From Auanema rhodensis (lineage: Eukaryota; Animalia; Nematoda), in the NCBI GenBank assembly GCA_964057225.1, contig OZ059895.1, positions 17,980,001 through 18,044,000 on the forward strand: DNA of 64,000 nucleotides, written 5' to 3'. A program made the position numbers and the translations under genes. Every line of letters begins with the position of its first letter. Within the stretch, counting starts at the first letter, position 1. This document shows, in pieces, positions 28,085 through 45,814 of this stretch. Below the pieces are notes generated by a model that did not search any database, was not told where the DNA came from, and saw nothing but the letters and a program-made list of their open reading frames with translations.

Positions 28085-28813
28085 ATGCATCGTTCGATGT
28101 GGACCGTTCTCTTTGCCGTGCTTATGGCTCAGGTATACTTTCAGTAACTTTAAATGAATTCTGAAATATTTTAGACTAGAGTAAGCGCTCGCTATGTCTC
28201 CACACAGCCTGAAGCCAAATTTTTGAGCATGGCACTTCCTGAAGGAGGTGTAGTCAGCGGAGCTGCTGGTGCCGCAGGAGGAATCGTTCGTGGAGCACAC
28301 GGAGCTGCCACAGGATTGGTTAACGGAGCTGCTGGAGCTGCAGGAGGATTGGTTAACGGAGCTGCTCAAGCTGCAGGAGGAATTGTCAACGGAGCTGCTG
28401 GAGCTGCAGGAGGAATCGTTCGTGGAGCACATGGAGCTGCCACAGGATTAGTTAACGGAGCTAGTATTGGATTAGGATCTATTATTGGAGGATTGGCCCA
28501 CGCTGCCAGCGGAATTGTCAACGGAGCTGCAGGAGCATTGAATGGTGGATATTATGGAGGACCTGGAGCTATATATGGTGGATATTACGGAGGACCTGGA
28601 GTTATATATGGTGGATCATACGGAGTACCTGGAGTTATATATGGTGGATCATACGGAGTACCTGGAGGTATGTATGGTGGATCATACGGAGGATCTGGAA
28701 GTATGTATGGTGGATCATACGGAGGCCCTGGAGGTATGTATGGTGGATCATACGGAGGATCTGGATCATACGTATATCCACCATCTTACGGACCATACCT
28801 TCAAATTAAGTAA
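28085..28813 (+). CDS. D9 array copy (228 aa)
   Basis: Same structure; in-frame loss of two Gly/Ala 11-mers. Confidence 0.9.
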
Positions 28814-29250
28814 AAAATATCTTTTTAAAAAGAATGAGCAATCTTTAACAATGATAAAATCTGCCAAAAGATGTATAACAACTAAGATTTCATTTTTGTC
28901 TCATGCTTGTACTTAGGCAATTATGTTTAAATAAACGCTCATATCCAATCATCTTATTATATCTAAAACCAAAACAATCGAAATTAGAGATTAAATTACA
29001 GTTATACATGTTAATCGGTATTACTCATGATTAGAAACCTTAACAATAAAAAGGTTTATGAATATATATAAAGTACATATTGATATATAACGAGATTAAT
29101 TTAATTACCTGTAAAACCATGAGGTATATTGCAAACGTAAATAAGAGATATCATAATTAGGAAATTTTCAAACGGTTCTAAAGAATAGAATAATAATAGT
29201 GACCTTAATAACTATAAATAAATTTTAAATCCTATTTTTGTGCCAAGTTA

Positions 29251-29358
<108 letters not shown>

Positions 29359-29976
29359 TCAAAAGAAGACAAGCAAATAAGCTTTTATCAGTGTTGAATG
29401 CTGAAAACACTTGCAATATTGCTAAGAAGTTTTTTGTCCTTATCAATATCAGAAATAGTATCAGTACTGAGGTTCTTGTAAAGGAAAACATACTGAAAAT
29501 GCTCTTAGCTACAAAACAGGATAAATAACAATTTTTAATAGCTATACGTTAAAATAAACTTATGTTTTTTGAAGAAATATCTTTAAAAACTTTGTAAAGT
29601 TAAGTTATGTATGATTGAATACGTGAATCATTCATAATGTACTCATTATCAGTTTCAAAAAATTGTCACTTTGTTTGGATTCTTAAAGGATTAGAGTGTT
29701 TCTAAGCAGACACGCAAACACAATATGAACACATCACGAACATGACCTGATAGCAACAGGGCATTTCTTTCGGTCTTGAATTTAATTAGTAAAACTTTTC
29801 CTTTATCATTGCGGCATCGAAAACAAAAATCTTCAAATTGAATATTATAGTATTTATTACCTCATTTAGAAAGTACAACATAAACTCATTAAAGGTTGAG
29901 TATGATAAGAACAGTGGTATATAATGAGTGAAGAGCTTTACTCCAGTACTCTTCTTACGGAAGGCAGTAATTCAGA

Positions 29977-30705
29977 ATGCATCGTTCGATGTGGACCGTT
30001 CTCTTTGCCGTGCTTATGGCTCAGGTATACTTTCAGTAACTTTAAATGAATTCTGAAATATTTTAGACTAGAGTAAGCGCTCGCTATGTCTCCACACAGC
30101 CTGAAGCCAAATTTTTGAGCATGGCACTTCCTGAAGGAGGTGTAGTCAACGGAGCTGCTGGTGCCGCAGGAGGAATCGTTCGTGGAGCACACGGAGCTGC
30201 CACAGGATTGGTTAACGGAGCTGCTGGAGCTGCAGGAGGATTGGTTAACGGAGCTGCTCAAGCTGCAGGAGGAATTGTCAACGGAGCTGCTGGAGCTGCA
30301 GGAGGAATCGTTCGTGGAGCACACGGAGCTGCCACAGGATTAGTTAACGGAGCTAGTATTGGATTAGGATCTATTATTGGAGGATTGGCCCACGCTGCCA
30401 GCGGAATTGTCAACGGAGCTGCAGGAGCATTGAATGGTGGATATTATGGAGGACCTGGAGCTATATATGGTGGATATTACGGAGGACCTGGAGTTATATA
30501 TGGTGGATCATACGGAGTACCTGGAGTTATATATGGTGGATCATACGGAGTACCTGGAGGTATGTATGGTGGATCATACGGAGGATCTGGAAGTATGTAT
30601 GGTGGATCATACGGAGGCCCTGGAGGTATGTATGGTGGATCATACGGAGGATCTGGATCATACGTATATCCACCATCTTACGGACCATACCTTCAAATTA
30701 AGTAA
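29977..30705 (+). CDS. D10 array copy (228 aa)
   Basis: Same structure; in-frame loss of two Gly/Ala 11-mers (VVNG rather than VVSG). Confidence 0.9.
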
Positions 30706-31142
30706 AAAATATCTTTTTAAAAAGAATGAGCAATCTTTAACAATGATAAAATCTGCCAAAAGATGTATAACAACTAAGATTTCATTTTTGTCTCATGCTT
30801 GTACTTAGGCAATTATGTTTAAATAAACGCTCATATCCAATCATCTTATTATATCTAAAACCAAAACAATCGAAATTAGAGATTAAATTACAGTTATACA
30901 TGTTAATCGGTATTACTCATGATTAGAAACCTTAACAATAAAAAGGTTTATGAATATATATAAAGTACATATTGATATATAACGAGATTAATTTAATTAC
31001 CTGTAAAACCATGAGGTATATTGCAAACGTAAATAAGAGATATCATAATTAGGAAATTTTCAAACGGTTCTAAAGAATAGAATAATAATAGTGACCTTAA
31101 TAACTATAAATAAATTTTAAATCCTATTTTTGTGCCAAGTTA

Positions 31143-31250
<108 letters not shown>

Positions 31251-31868
31251 TCAAAAGAAGACAAGCAAATAAGCTTTTATCAGTGTTGAATGCTGAAAAC
31301 ACTTGCAATATTGCTAAGAAGTTTTTTGTCCTTATCAATATCAGAAATAGTATCAGTACTGAGGTTCTTGTAAAGGAAAACATACTGAAAATGCTCTTAG
31401 CTACAAAACAGGATAAATAACAATTTTTAATAGCTATACGTTAAAATAAACTTATGTTTTTTGAAGAAATATCTTTAAAAACTTTGTAAAGTTAAGTTAT
31501 GTATGATTGAATACGTGAATCATTCATAATGTACTCATTATCAGTTTCAAAAAATTGTCACTTTGTTTGGATTCTTAAAGGATTAGAGTGTTTCTAAGCA
31601 GACACGCAAACACAATATGAACACATCACGAACATGACCTGATAGCAACAGGGCATTTCTTTCGGTCTTGAATTTAATTAGTAAAACTTTTCCTTTATCA
31701 TTGCGGCATCGAAAACAAAAATCTTCAAATTGAATATTATAGTATTTATTACCTCATTTAGAAAGTACAACATAAACTCATTAAAGGTTGAGTATGATAA
31801 GAACAGTGGTATATAATGAGTGAAGAGCTTTACTCCAGTACTCTTCTTACGGAAGGCAGTAATTCAGA

Positions 31869-32663
31869 ATGCATCGTTCGATGTGGACCGTTCTCTTTGC
31901 CGTGCTTATGGCTCAGGTATACTTTCAGTAACTTTAAATGAATTCTGAAATATTTTAGACTAGAGTAAGCGCTCGCTATGTCTCCACACAGCCTGAAGCC
32001 AAATTTTTGAGCATGGCACTTCCTGAAGGAGGTGTAGTCAGCGGAGCTGCTGGAGCCGCAGGAGGATTGGTTAACGGAGCTGCTGGAGCTGCAGGAGGAA
32101 TTGTCAACGGAGCTGCTGGTGCCGCAGGAGGAATCGTTCGTGGAGCACACGGAGCTGCCACAGGATTGGTTAACGGAGCTGCTGGAGCTGCAGGAGGATT
32201 GGTTAACGGAGCTGCTCAAGCTGCAGGAGGAATTGTCAACGGAGCTGCTGGAGCTGCAGGAGGAATCGTTCGTGGAGCACACGGAGCTGCCACAGGATTA
32301 GTTAACGGAGCTAGTATTGGATTAGGATCTATTATTGGAGGATTGGCCCACGCTGCCAGCGGAATTGTCAACGGAGCTGCAGGAGCATTGAATGGTGGAT
32401 ATTATGGAGGACCTGGAGCTATATATGGTGGATATTACGGAGGACCTGGAGTTATATATGGTGGATCATACGGAGTACCTGGAGTTATATATGGTGGATC
32501 ATACGGAGTACCTGGAGGTATGTATGGTGGATCATACGGAGGATCTGGAAGTATGTATGGTGGATCATACGGAGGCCCTGGAGGTATGTATGGTGGATCA
32601 TACGGAGGATCTGGATCATACGTATATCCACCATCTTACGGACCATACCTTCAAATTAAGTAA
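31869..32663 (+). CDS. D11 array copy (250 aa)
   Basis: Same two-exon structure as D1. Confidence 0.9.
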
Positions 32664-33100
32664 AAAATATCTTTTTAAAAAGAATGAGCAATCTTTAACA
32701 ATGATAAAATCTGCCAAAAGATGTATAACAACTAAGATTTCATTTTTGTCTCATGCTTGTACTTAGGCAATTATGTTTAAATAAACGCTCATATCCAATC
32801 ATCTTATTATATCTAAAACCAAAACAATCGAAATTAGAGATTAAATTACAGTTATACATGTTAATCGGTATTACTCATGATTAGAAACCTTAACAATAAA
32901 AAGGTTTATGAATATATATAAAGTACATATTGATATATAACGAGATTAATTTAATTACCTGTAAAACCATGAGGTATATTGCAAACGTAAATAAGAGATA
33001 TCATAATTAGGAAATTTTCAAACGGTTCTAAAGAATAGAATAATAATAGTGACCTTAATAACTATAAATAAATTTTAAATCCTATTTTTGTGCCAAGTTA

Positions 33101-33208
<108 letters not shown>

Positions 33209-33826
33209 TCAAAAGAAGACAAGCAAATAAGCTTTTATCAGTGTTGAATGCTGAAAACACTTGCAATATTGCTAAGAAGTTTTTTGTCCTTATCAATATC
33301 AGAAATAGTATCAGTACTGAGGTTCTTGTAAAGGAAAACATACTGAAAATGCTCTTAGCTACAAAACAGGATAAATAACAATTTTTAATAGCTATACGTT
33401 AAAATAAACTTATGTTTTTTGAAGAAATATCTTTAAAAACTTTGTAAAGTTAAGTTATGTATGATTGAATACGTGAATCATTCATAATGTACTCATTATC
33501 AGTTTCAAAAAATTGTCACTTTGTTTGGATTCTTAAAGGATTAGAGTGTTTCTAAGCAGACACGCAAACACAATATGAACACATCACGAACATGACCTGA
33601 TAGCAACAGGGCATTTCTTTCGGTCTTGAATTTAATTAGTAAAACTTTTCCTTTATCATTGCGGCATCGAAAACAAAAATCTTCAAATTGAATATTATAG
33701 TATTTATTACCTCATTTAGAAAGTACAACATAAACTCATTAAAGGTTGAGTATGATAAGAACAGTGGTATATAATGAGTGAAGAGCTTTACTCCAGTACT
33801 CTTCTTACGGAAGGCAGTAATTCAGA

Positions 33827-34621
33827 ATGCATCGTTCGATGTGGACCGTTCTCTTTGCCGTGCTTATGGCTCAGGTATACTTTCAGTAACTTTAAATGAA
33901 TTCTGAAATATTTTAGACTAGAGTAAGCGCTCGCTATGTCTCCACACAGCCTGAAGCCAAATTTTTGAGCATGGCACTTCCTGAAGGAGGTGTAGTCAGC
34001 GGAGCTGCTGGAGCCGCAGGAGGATTGGTTAACGGAGCTGCTGGAGCTGCAGGAGGAATTGTCAACGGAGCTGCTGGTGCCGCAGGAGGAATCGTTCGTG
34101 GAGCACACGGAGCTGCCACAGGATTGGTTAACGGAGCTGCTGGAGCTGCAGGAGGATTGGTTAACGGAGCTGCTCAAGCTGCAGGAGGAATTGTCAACGG
34201 AGCTGCTGGAGCTGCAGGAGGAATCGTTCGTGGAGCACACGGAGCTGCCACAGGATTAGTTAACGGAGCTAGTATTGGATTAGGATCTATTATTGGAGGA
34301 TTGGCCCACGCTGCCAGCGGAATTGTCAACGGAGCTGCAGGAGCATTGAATGGTGGATATTATGGAGGACCTGGAGCTATATATGGTGGATATTACGGAG
34401 GACCTGGAGTTATATATGGTGGATCATACGGAGTACCTGGAGTTATATATGGTGGATCATACGGAGTACCTGGAGGTATGTATGGTGGATCATACGGAGG
34501 ATCTGGAAGTATGTATGGTGGATCATACGGAGGCCCTGGAGGTATGTATGGTGGATCATACGGAGGATCTGGATCATACGTATATCCACCATCTTACGGA
34601 CCATACCTTCAAATTAAGTAA
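33827..34621 (+). CDS. D12 array copy (250 aa)
   Basis: Protein identical to D11. Confidence 0.9.
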
Positions 34622-35058
34622 AAAATATCTTTTTAAAAAGAATGAGCAATCTTTAACAATGATAAAATCTGCCAAAAGATGTATAACAACTAAGATTTCA
34701 TTTTTGTCTCATGCTTGTACTTAGGCAATTATGTTTAAATAAACGCTCATATCCAATCATCTTATTATATCTAAAACCAAAACAATCGAAATTAGAGATT
34801 AAATTACAGTTATACATGTTAATCGGTATTACTCATGATTAGAAACCTTAACAATAAAAAGGTTTATGAATATATATAAAGTACATATTGATATATAACG
34901 AGATTAATTTAATTACCTGTAAAACCATGAGGTATATTGCAAACGTAAATAAGAGATATCATAATTAGGAAATTTTCAAACGGTTCTAAAGAATAGAATA
35001 ATAATAGTGACCTTAATAACTATAAATAAATTTTAAATCCTATTTTTGTGCCAAGTTA

Positions 35059-35166
<108 letters not shown>

Positions 35167-35784
35167 TCAAAAGAAGACAAGCAAATAAGCTTTTATCAGT
35201 GTTGAATGCTGAAAACACTTGCAATATTGCTAAGAAGTTTTTTGTCCTTATCAATATCAGAAATAGTATCAGTACTGAGGTTCTTGTAAAGGAAAACATA
35301 CTGAAAATGCTCTTAGCTACAAAACAGGATAAATAACAATTTTTAATAGCTATACGTTAAAATAAACTTATGTTTTTTGAAGAAATATCTTTAAAAACTT
35401 TGTAAAGTTAAGTTATGTATGATTGAATACGTGAATCATTCATAATGTACTCATTATCAGTTTCAAAAAATTGTCACTTTGTTTGGATTCTTAAAGGATT
35501 AGAGTGTTTCTAAGCAGACACGCAAACACAATATGAACACATCACGAACATGACCTGATAGCAACAGGGCATTTCTTTCGGTCTTGAATTTAATTAGTAA
35601 AACTTTTCCTTTATCATTGCGGCATCGAAAACAAAAATCTTCAAATTGAATATTATAGTATTTATTACCTCATTTAGAAAGTACAACATAAACTCATTAA
35701 AGGTTGAGTATGATAAGAACAGTGGTATATAATGAGTGAAGAGCTTTACTCCAGTACTCTTCTTACGGAAGGCAGTAATTCAGA

Positions 35785-36579
35785 ATGCATCGTTCGATGT
35801 GGACCGTTCTCTTTGCCGTGCTTATGGCTCAGGTATACTTTCAGTAACTTTAAATGAATTCTGAAATATTTTAGACTAGAGTAAGCGCTCGCTATGTCTC
35901 CACACAGCCTGAAGCCAAATTTTTGAGCATGGCACTTCCTGAAGGAGGTGTAGTCAGCGGAGCTGCTGGAGCCGCAGGAGGATTGGTTAACGGAGCTGCT
36001 GGAGCTGCAGGAGGAATTGTCAACGGAGCTGCTGGTGCCGCAGGAGGAATCGTTCGTGGAGCACACGGAGCTGCCACAGGATTGGTTAACGGAGCTGCTG
36101 GAGCTGCAGGAGGATTGGTTAACGGAGCTGCTCAAGCTGCAGGAGGAATTGTCAACGGAGCTGCTGGAGCTGCAGGAGGAATCGTTCGTGGAGCACACGG
36201 AGCTGCCACAGGATTAGTTAACGGAGCTAGTATTGGATTAGGATCTATTATTGGAGGATTGGCCCACGCTGCCAGCGGAATTGTCAACGGAGCTGCAGGA
36301 GCATTGAATGGTGGATATTATGGAGGACCTGGAGCTATATATGGTGGATATTACGGAGGACCTGGAGTTATATATGGTGGATCATACGGAGTACCTGGAG
36401 TTATATATGGTGGATCATACGGAGTACCTGGAGGTATGTATGGTGGATCATACGGAGGATCTGGAAGTATGTATGGTGGATCATACGGAGGCCCTGGAGG
36501 TATGTATGGTGGATCATACGGAGGATCTGGATCATACGTATATCCACCATCTTACGGACCATACCTTCAAATTAAGTAA
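35785..36579 (+). CDS. D13 array copy (250 aa)
   Basis: Protein identical to D11. Confidence 0.9.
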
Positions 36580-37016
36580 AAAATATCTTTTTAAAAAGAA
36601 TGAGCAATCTTTAACAATGATAAAATCTGCCAAAAGATGTATAACAACTAAGATTTCATTTTTGTCTCATGCTTGTACTTAGGCAATTATGTTTAAATAA
36701 ACGCTCATATCCAATCATCTTATTATATCTAAAACCAAAACAATCGAAATTAGAGATTAAATTACAGTTATACATGTTAATCGGTATTACTCATGATTAG
36801 AAACCTTAACAATAAAAAGGTTTATGAATATATATAAAGTACATATTGATATATAACGAGATTAATTTAATTACCTGTAAAACCATGAGGTATATTGCAA
36901 ACGTAAATAAGAGATATCATAATTAGGAAATTTTCAAACGGTTCTAAAGAATAGAATAATAATAGTGACCTTAATAACTATAAATAAATTTTAAATCCTA
37001 TTTTTGTGCCAAGTTA

Positions 37017-37124
<108 letters not shown>

Positions 37125-37742
37125 TCAAAAGAAGACAAGCAAATAAGCTTTTATCAGTGTTGAATGCTGAAAACACTTGCAATATTGCTAAGAAGTTTTT
37201 TGTCCTTATCAATATCAGAAATAGTATCAGTACTGAGGTTCTTGTAAAGGAAAACATACTGAAAATGCTCTTAGCTACAAAACAGGATAAATAACAATTT
37301 TTAATAGCTATACGTTAAAATAAACTTATGTTTTTTGAAGAAATATCTTTAAAAACTTTGTAAAGTTAAGTTATGTATGATTGAATACGTGAATCATTCA
37401 TAATGTACTCATTATCAGTTTCAAAAAATTGTCACTTTGTTTGGATTCTTAAAGGATTAGAGTGTTTCTAAGCAGACACGCAAACACAATATGAACACAT
37501 CACGAACATGACCTGATAGCAACAGGGCATTTCTTTCGGTCTTGAATTTAATTAGTAAAACTTTTCCTTTATCATTGCGGCATCGAAAACAAAAATCTTC
37601 AAATTGAATATTATAGTATTTATTACCTCATTTAGAAAGTACAACATAAACTCATTAAAGGTTGAGTATGATAAGAACAGTGGTATATAATGAGTGAAGA
37701 GCTTTACTCCAGTACTCTTCTTACGGAAGGCAGTAATTCAGA

Positions 37743-38537
37743 ATGCATCGTTCGATGTGGACCGTTCTCTTTGCCGTGCTTATGGCTCAGGTATACTTTC
37801 AGTAACTTTAAATGAATTCTGAAATATTTTAGACTAGAGTAAGCGCTCGCTATGTCTCCACACAGCCTGAAGCCAAATTTTTGAGCATGGCACTTCCTGA
37901 AGGAGGTGTAGTCAGCGGAGCTGCTGGAGCCGCAGGAGGATTGGTTAACGGAGCTGCTGGAGCTGCAGGAGGAATTGTCAACGGAGCTGCTGGTGCCGCA
38001 GGAGGAATCGTTCGTGGAGCACACGGAGCTGCCACAGGATTGGTTAACGGAGCTGCTGGAGCTGCAGGAGGATTGGTTAACGGAGCTGCTCAAGCTGCAG
38101 GAGGAATTGTCAACGGAGCTGCTGGAGCTGCAGGAGGAATCGTTCGTGGAGCACACGGAGCTGCCACAGGATTAGTTAACGGAGCTAGTATTGGATTAGG
38201 ATCTATTATTGGAGGATTGGCCCACGCTGCCAGCGGAATTGTCAACGGAGCTGCAGGAGCATTGAATGGTGGATATTATGGAGGACCTGGAGCTATATAT
38301 GGTGGATATTACGGAGGACCTGGAGTTATATATGGTGGATCATACGGAGTACCTGGAGTTATATATGGTGGATCATACGGAGTACCTGGAGGTATGTATG
38401 GTGGATCATACGGAGGATCTGGAAGTATGTATGGTGGATCATACGGAGGCCCTGGAGGTATGTATGGTGGATCATACGGAGGATCTGGATCATACGTATA
38501 TCCACCATCTTACGGACCATACCCTCAAATTAAGTAA
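37743..38537 (+). CDS. D14 array copy (250 aa)
   Basis: As D11 but with L>P near the C-terminus (YPQIK). Confidence 0.9.
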
Positions 38538-38971
38538 AAAATATCTTTTTAAAAAGAATGAGCAATCTTTAACAATGATAAAATCTGCCAAAAGATGTAT
38601 AACAACTAAGATTTCATTTTTGTCTCATGCTTGTACTTAGGCAATTATGTTTAAATAAACGCTCATATCCAATCATCTTATTATATCTAAAACCAAAACA
38701 ATCGAAATTAGAGATTAAATTACAGTTATACATGTTAATCGGTATTACTCATGATTAGAAACCTTAACAATAAAAAGGTTTATGAATATATATAAAGTAC
38801 ATATTGATATATAACGAGATTAATTTAATTACCTGTAAAACCATGAGGTATATTGCAAACGTAAATAAGAGATATCATAATTAGGAAATTTTCAAACGGT
38901 TCTAAAGAATAGAATAATAATAGTGACCTTAATAACTATAAATAAATTTTAAATCCTATTTTTGTGCCAAG

Positions 38972-39082
<111 letters not shown>

Positions 39083-39700
39083 TCAAAAGAAGACAAGCAA
39101 ATAAGCTTTTATCAGTGTTGAATGCTGAAAACACTTGCAATATTGCTAAGAAGTTTTTTGTCCTTATCAATATCAGAAATAGTATCAGTACTGAGGTTCT
39201 TGTAAAGGAAAACATACTGAAAATGCTCTTAGCTACAAAACAGGATAAATAACAATTTTTAATAGCTATACGTTAAAATAAACTTATGTTTTTTGAAGAA
39301 ATATCTTTAAAAACTTTGTAAAGTTAAGTTATGTATGATTGAATACGTGAATCATTCATAATGTACTCATTATCAGTTTCAAAAAATTGTCACTTTGTTT
39401 GGATTCTTAAAGGATTAGAGTGTTTCTAAGCAGACACGCAAACACAATATGAACACATCACGAACATGACCTGATAGCAACAGGGCATTTCTTTCGGTCT
39501 TGAATTTAATTAGTAAAACTTTTCCTTTATCATTGCGGCATCGAAAACAAAAATCTTCAAATTGAATATTATAGTATTTATTACCTCATTTAGAAAGTAC
39601 AACATAAACTCATTAAAGGTTGAGTATGATAAGAACAGTGGTATATAATGAGTGAAGAGCTTTACTCCAGTACTCTTCTTACGGAAGGCAGTAATTCAGA

Positions 39701-40750
39701 ATGCATCGTTCGATGTGGACCGTTCTCTTTGCCGTGCTTATGGCTCAGGTATACTTTCAGTAACTTTAAATGAATTCTGAAATATTTTAGACTAGAGTAA
39801 GCGCTCGCTATGTCTCCACACAGCCTGAAGCCAAATTTTTGAGCATGGCACTTCCTGAAGGAGGTGTAGTCAGCGGAGCTGCTGGAGCCGCAGGAGGATT
39901 GGTTAACGGAGCTGCTGGAGCTGCAGGAGGAATTGTCAACGGAGCTGCTGGTGCCGCAGGAGGAATCGTTCGTGGAGCACACGGAGCTGCCACAGGATTG
40001 GTTAACGGAGCTGCTGGAGCTGCAGGAGGATTGGTTAACGGAGCTGCTCAAGCTGCAGGAGGAATTGTCAACGGAGCTGCTGGAGCTGCAGGAGGAATCG
40101 TTCGTGGAGCACACGGAGCTGCCACAGGATTAGTTAACGGAGCTAGTATTGGATTAGGATCTATTATTGGAGGATTGGCCCACGCTGCCAACGGAATTGT
40201 CAACGGAGCTGCAGGAGCATTGAATGGTGGATATTACGGAGGACCTGGAGTTATATATGGTGGATCATACGGAGTACCTGGAGTTATATATGGTGGATCA
40301 TACGGAGTACCTGGAGTTATATATGGTGGATCATACGGAGTACCTGGAAGCGTGTATGGAGGATCATACGGAGGATCATACGGAGTACCTGGAGGTATGT
40401 ATGGTGGATCATACGGAGGATCTGGAAGTATGTATGGTGGATCATACGGAGGATCTGGAAGTATGTATGGTGGATCATACGGAGTACCTGGAAGCGTGTA
40501 TGGAGGATCATACGGAGGATCATACGGAGTACCTGGAGGTATGTATGGTGGATCATACGGAGGATCTGGAAGTATGTATGGTGGATCATACGGAGGATCT
40601 GGAAGTATGTATGGTGGATCATACGGAGGATCTGGAAGTATGTATGGTGGATCATACGGAGGCCCTGGAGGTATGTATGGTGGATCATACGGAGGATCTG
40701 GATCATACGCATATCCACCATCTTACGGACCATGCCTTCAAATTAAGTAA
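39701..40750 (+). CDS. D15 terminal array copy (335 aa, expanded Gly/Tyr block)
   Basis: Same structure; longest Tyr block; Y>C near the C-terminus (PCLQIK). Confidence 0.9.
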
Positions 40751-41184
40751 AAAATATCTTTTTAAAAAGAATGAGCAATCTTTAACAATGATAAAATCTG
40801 CCAAAAGATGTATAACAACTAAGATTTCATTTTTGTCTCATGCTTGTACTTAGGCAATTATGTTTAAATAAACGCTCATATCCAATCATCTTATTATATC
40901 TAAAACCAAAACAATCGAAATTAGAGATTAAATTACAGTTATACATGTTAATCGGTATTACTCATGATTAGAAACCTTAACAATAAAAAGGTTTATGAAT
41001 ATATATAAAGTACATATTGATATATAACGAGATTAATTTAATTACCTGTAAAACCATGAGGTATATTGCAAACGTAAATAAGAGATATCATAATTAGGAA
41101 ATTTTCAAACGGTTCTAAAGAATAGAATAATAATAGTGACCTTAATAACTATAAATAAATTTTAAATCCTATTTTTGTGCCAAG

Positions 41185-43701
<2,517 letters not shown>

Positions 43702-44134
43702 CTAATGGCTTTTGCTTAAAAATGAAGTATATAAATGTATATGCATAAATGCATTATAAAATTCATGAAAACGTATAAAAAAAATTCATTAATTTTTAAT
43801 TTTACTCAGATATATTTTCATTGGGATTAATCGAATAACCGTTATGTCAGAAGTAACTTTTCATACGAAATTTATTTCCATGTTATATTAATAACATCAT
43901 ACTTCACAACTTATCCGGTAATCATAGAACCATAAGAGGCCTTGGCGCGTTCGTAACCATCATTGCGTATACTGATCAGGAAACTCGTGGCGGGACTATT
44001 GAGGAGTTGAATAATTGCCAATTTGAAAAAAAAAGTTGTATTCATTCGATTCTTCGTGCTCTGTTTCATTTTCGTGAATCAATTTTTGTACTAAAAATTA
44101 ATCTTTAATAACTGATTTGGAATACTCATTCAGA

Positions 44135-44622
44135 ATGAACTTCAATCCTGATTACGAGAACGTAGCTAATGCTTTTGTATCCCATTATTATTCCAAGTTT
44201 GATCAAAGCGATGGAATTGCCAGAGCACAAGGGCTAAGCGATTTATACGATCCCGAACATTCGTATATGACTTTTGAGGGTTCTCAATGTAAAGGTCGTG
44301 AAAGTATTCTTCAAAAGTTTGCGGTATGTATGGTGTAGCTACCGTTGTTCTAGTAGGGCTTTCAGGGTCTCACCTTCAAGTCCATTCAACGAGCCATCAC
44401 AAAATGTGATTCGCAACCTCTGTATGACGGCTCTATTCTGGTTATGGTTCTTGGACAGTTAAAAGTAAGAAAACTGAATTTTTTAAGCAACGTTTTTTCT
44501 GTTTTCAGACCGATGAGGATCCTATTAATCCATTTTCCCAAGTGTTTATTCTCCGTCCAAACAATAACGCATCATTTTTCATTGCTAACGAGCTATTCCG
44601 TCTTGATTTACATAACAACTAG
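44135..44622 (+). CDS. ran-4: Nuclear transport factor 2 (NTF2), 133 aa
   Basis: Exons 44135-44323, 44366-44464 and 44509-44622; MNFNPDYENVANAFVSHYYSKFD...VLGQLKTDEDPINPFSQVF...FRLDLHNN*. Confidence 0.95.
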
Positions 44623-44930
44623 ATAAATTGATTCCTTGAACTTGAAATCCTTCGTTTAAGTACCTTGGTTAAATTATCATTTATTCTTCGCTCAATTGTG
44701 CAAATTGCTATTCATTGCCCCGATGCATATTTTTCTGTGTTCTCGCCTGTTTCTTCTGTAATTTTTCATTTTTGTGAAAGATAGATACTGATTTGTTTAA
44801 ACTGTCATTCTAATGAAGTGGCAATGAATGGTTTTCTCTGTTCTTTCTGATCATATGTTTATAGTTATATCTGTTTATGATACCTTTTCTTTACTTCTAC
44901 TAATTTGTATAAATATTATGGTTTCATCAG

Positions 44931-45621
44931 ATGGTAAAGCAAGCTACAAAGGGTCAAAAAGATATTTATCAGGACAATCAGAGTACTCTCCAATTTTATG
45001 GCCTTGCTTGTTTGTTTTCGAGTGTCAGTTCATTCTACTCAATTTTCAATAATAATTTAAAATGCAGTTAGTATATGGTATTGTAACATTTTTCATCTAC
45101 GGAGGAAATACAACCACAGGATGGGTTTGCTTTGCTGGTACTGTGGTTATTCAATTGGTCGCGATTTTTTTAATGAAGCGTATGGCTAGTACGTCTTCGT
45201 GTTTTGTTTTGTAAGTGCTACATTTGTTTTTTTTCAGTAGCTCATATTGACTCTCGAGGTCATGTTGCTGACGCAGGAATGGATCTCAACGATCCTTCAG
45301 CATTTGGAGAACACTGTAAAGATGCCATAATTATTACCGTCTTAGCTCAGGTATAATGTTAACGACTATGTTATAAAAAAGTATTTTTAAGGTTGTGGGA
45401 CTTTTTACTAATTATGCTTATCTTTCATTACTTTACTTCCCTGGAACTATTGGATATAAAGTGAGATCCTTTTCGTAGTAATTAACTAATATATATTTTA
45501 GATTATCTTCTCCTTTATTCTTCCCTGGTGTACTGCCTCTTCTGAAGAAGGATCTCAGGAAATGGATGATAAAAAAATGAAAAAGAAGGAAAGAAGAGAA
45601 AAATTTGTTTACCGTAGATGA
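44931..45621 (+). CDS. TMEM208/SND2 family ER membrane protein
   Basis: MVKQATKGQKDIYQDNQSTLQFY; DAGMDLND motif; hydrophobic segments; basic tail MDDKKMKKKERREKFVYRR*; multi-exon. Confidence 0.85.
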
Positions 45622-45814
45622 TTTTTCCGTTTAACATAACGTTGTTCTATGCATTTTTATATGATTTTATATTATTATATTAAGTATTTATTTAAAGTAT
45701 TCCAATTTAATGGGTTATAAATGTGGTGTCTATTCTCTTCAATACTTTTATGATTTACATTCGATACTATATTTAGTATATGTTACCAAAAGCATTAATT
45801 GCTCAGTTTCTAGA

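Noticed and set aside
43940-44030. E2F-like (ttggcgcg, tggcggga) and CHR-like (tttgaa) motifs in the Smad/ran-4 divergent promoter
   Set aside because: Short, imperfect matches with non-canonical spacing; not supportable without conservation data.
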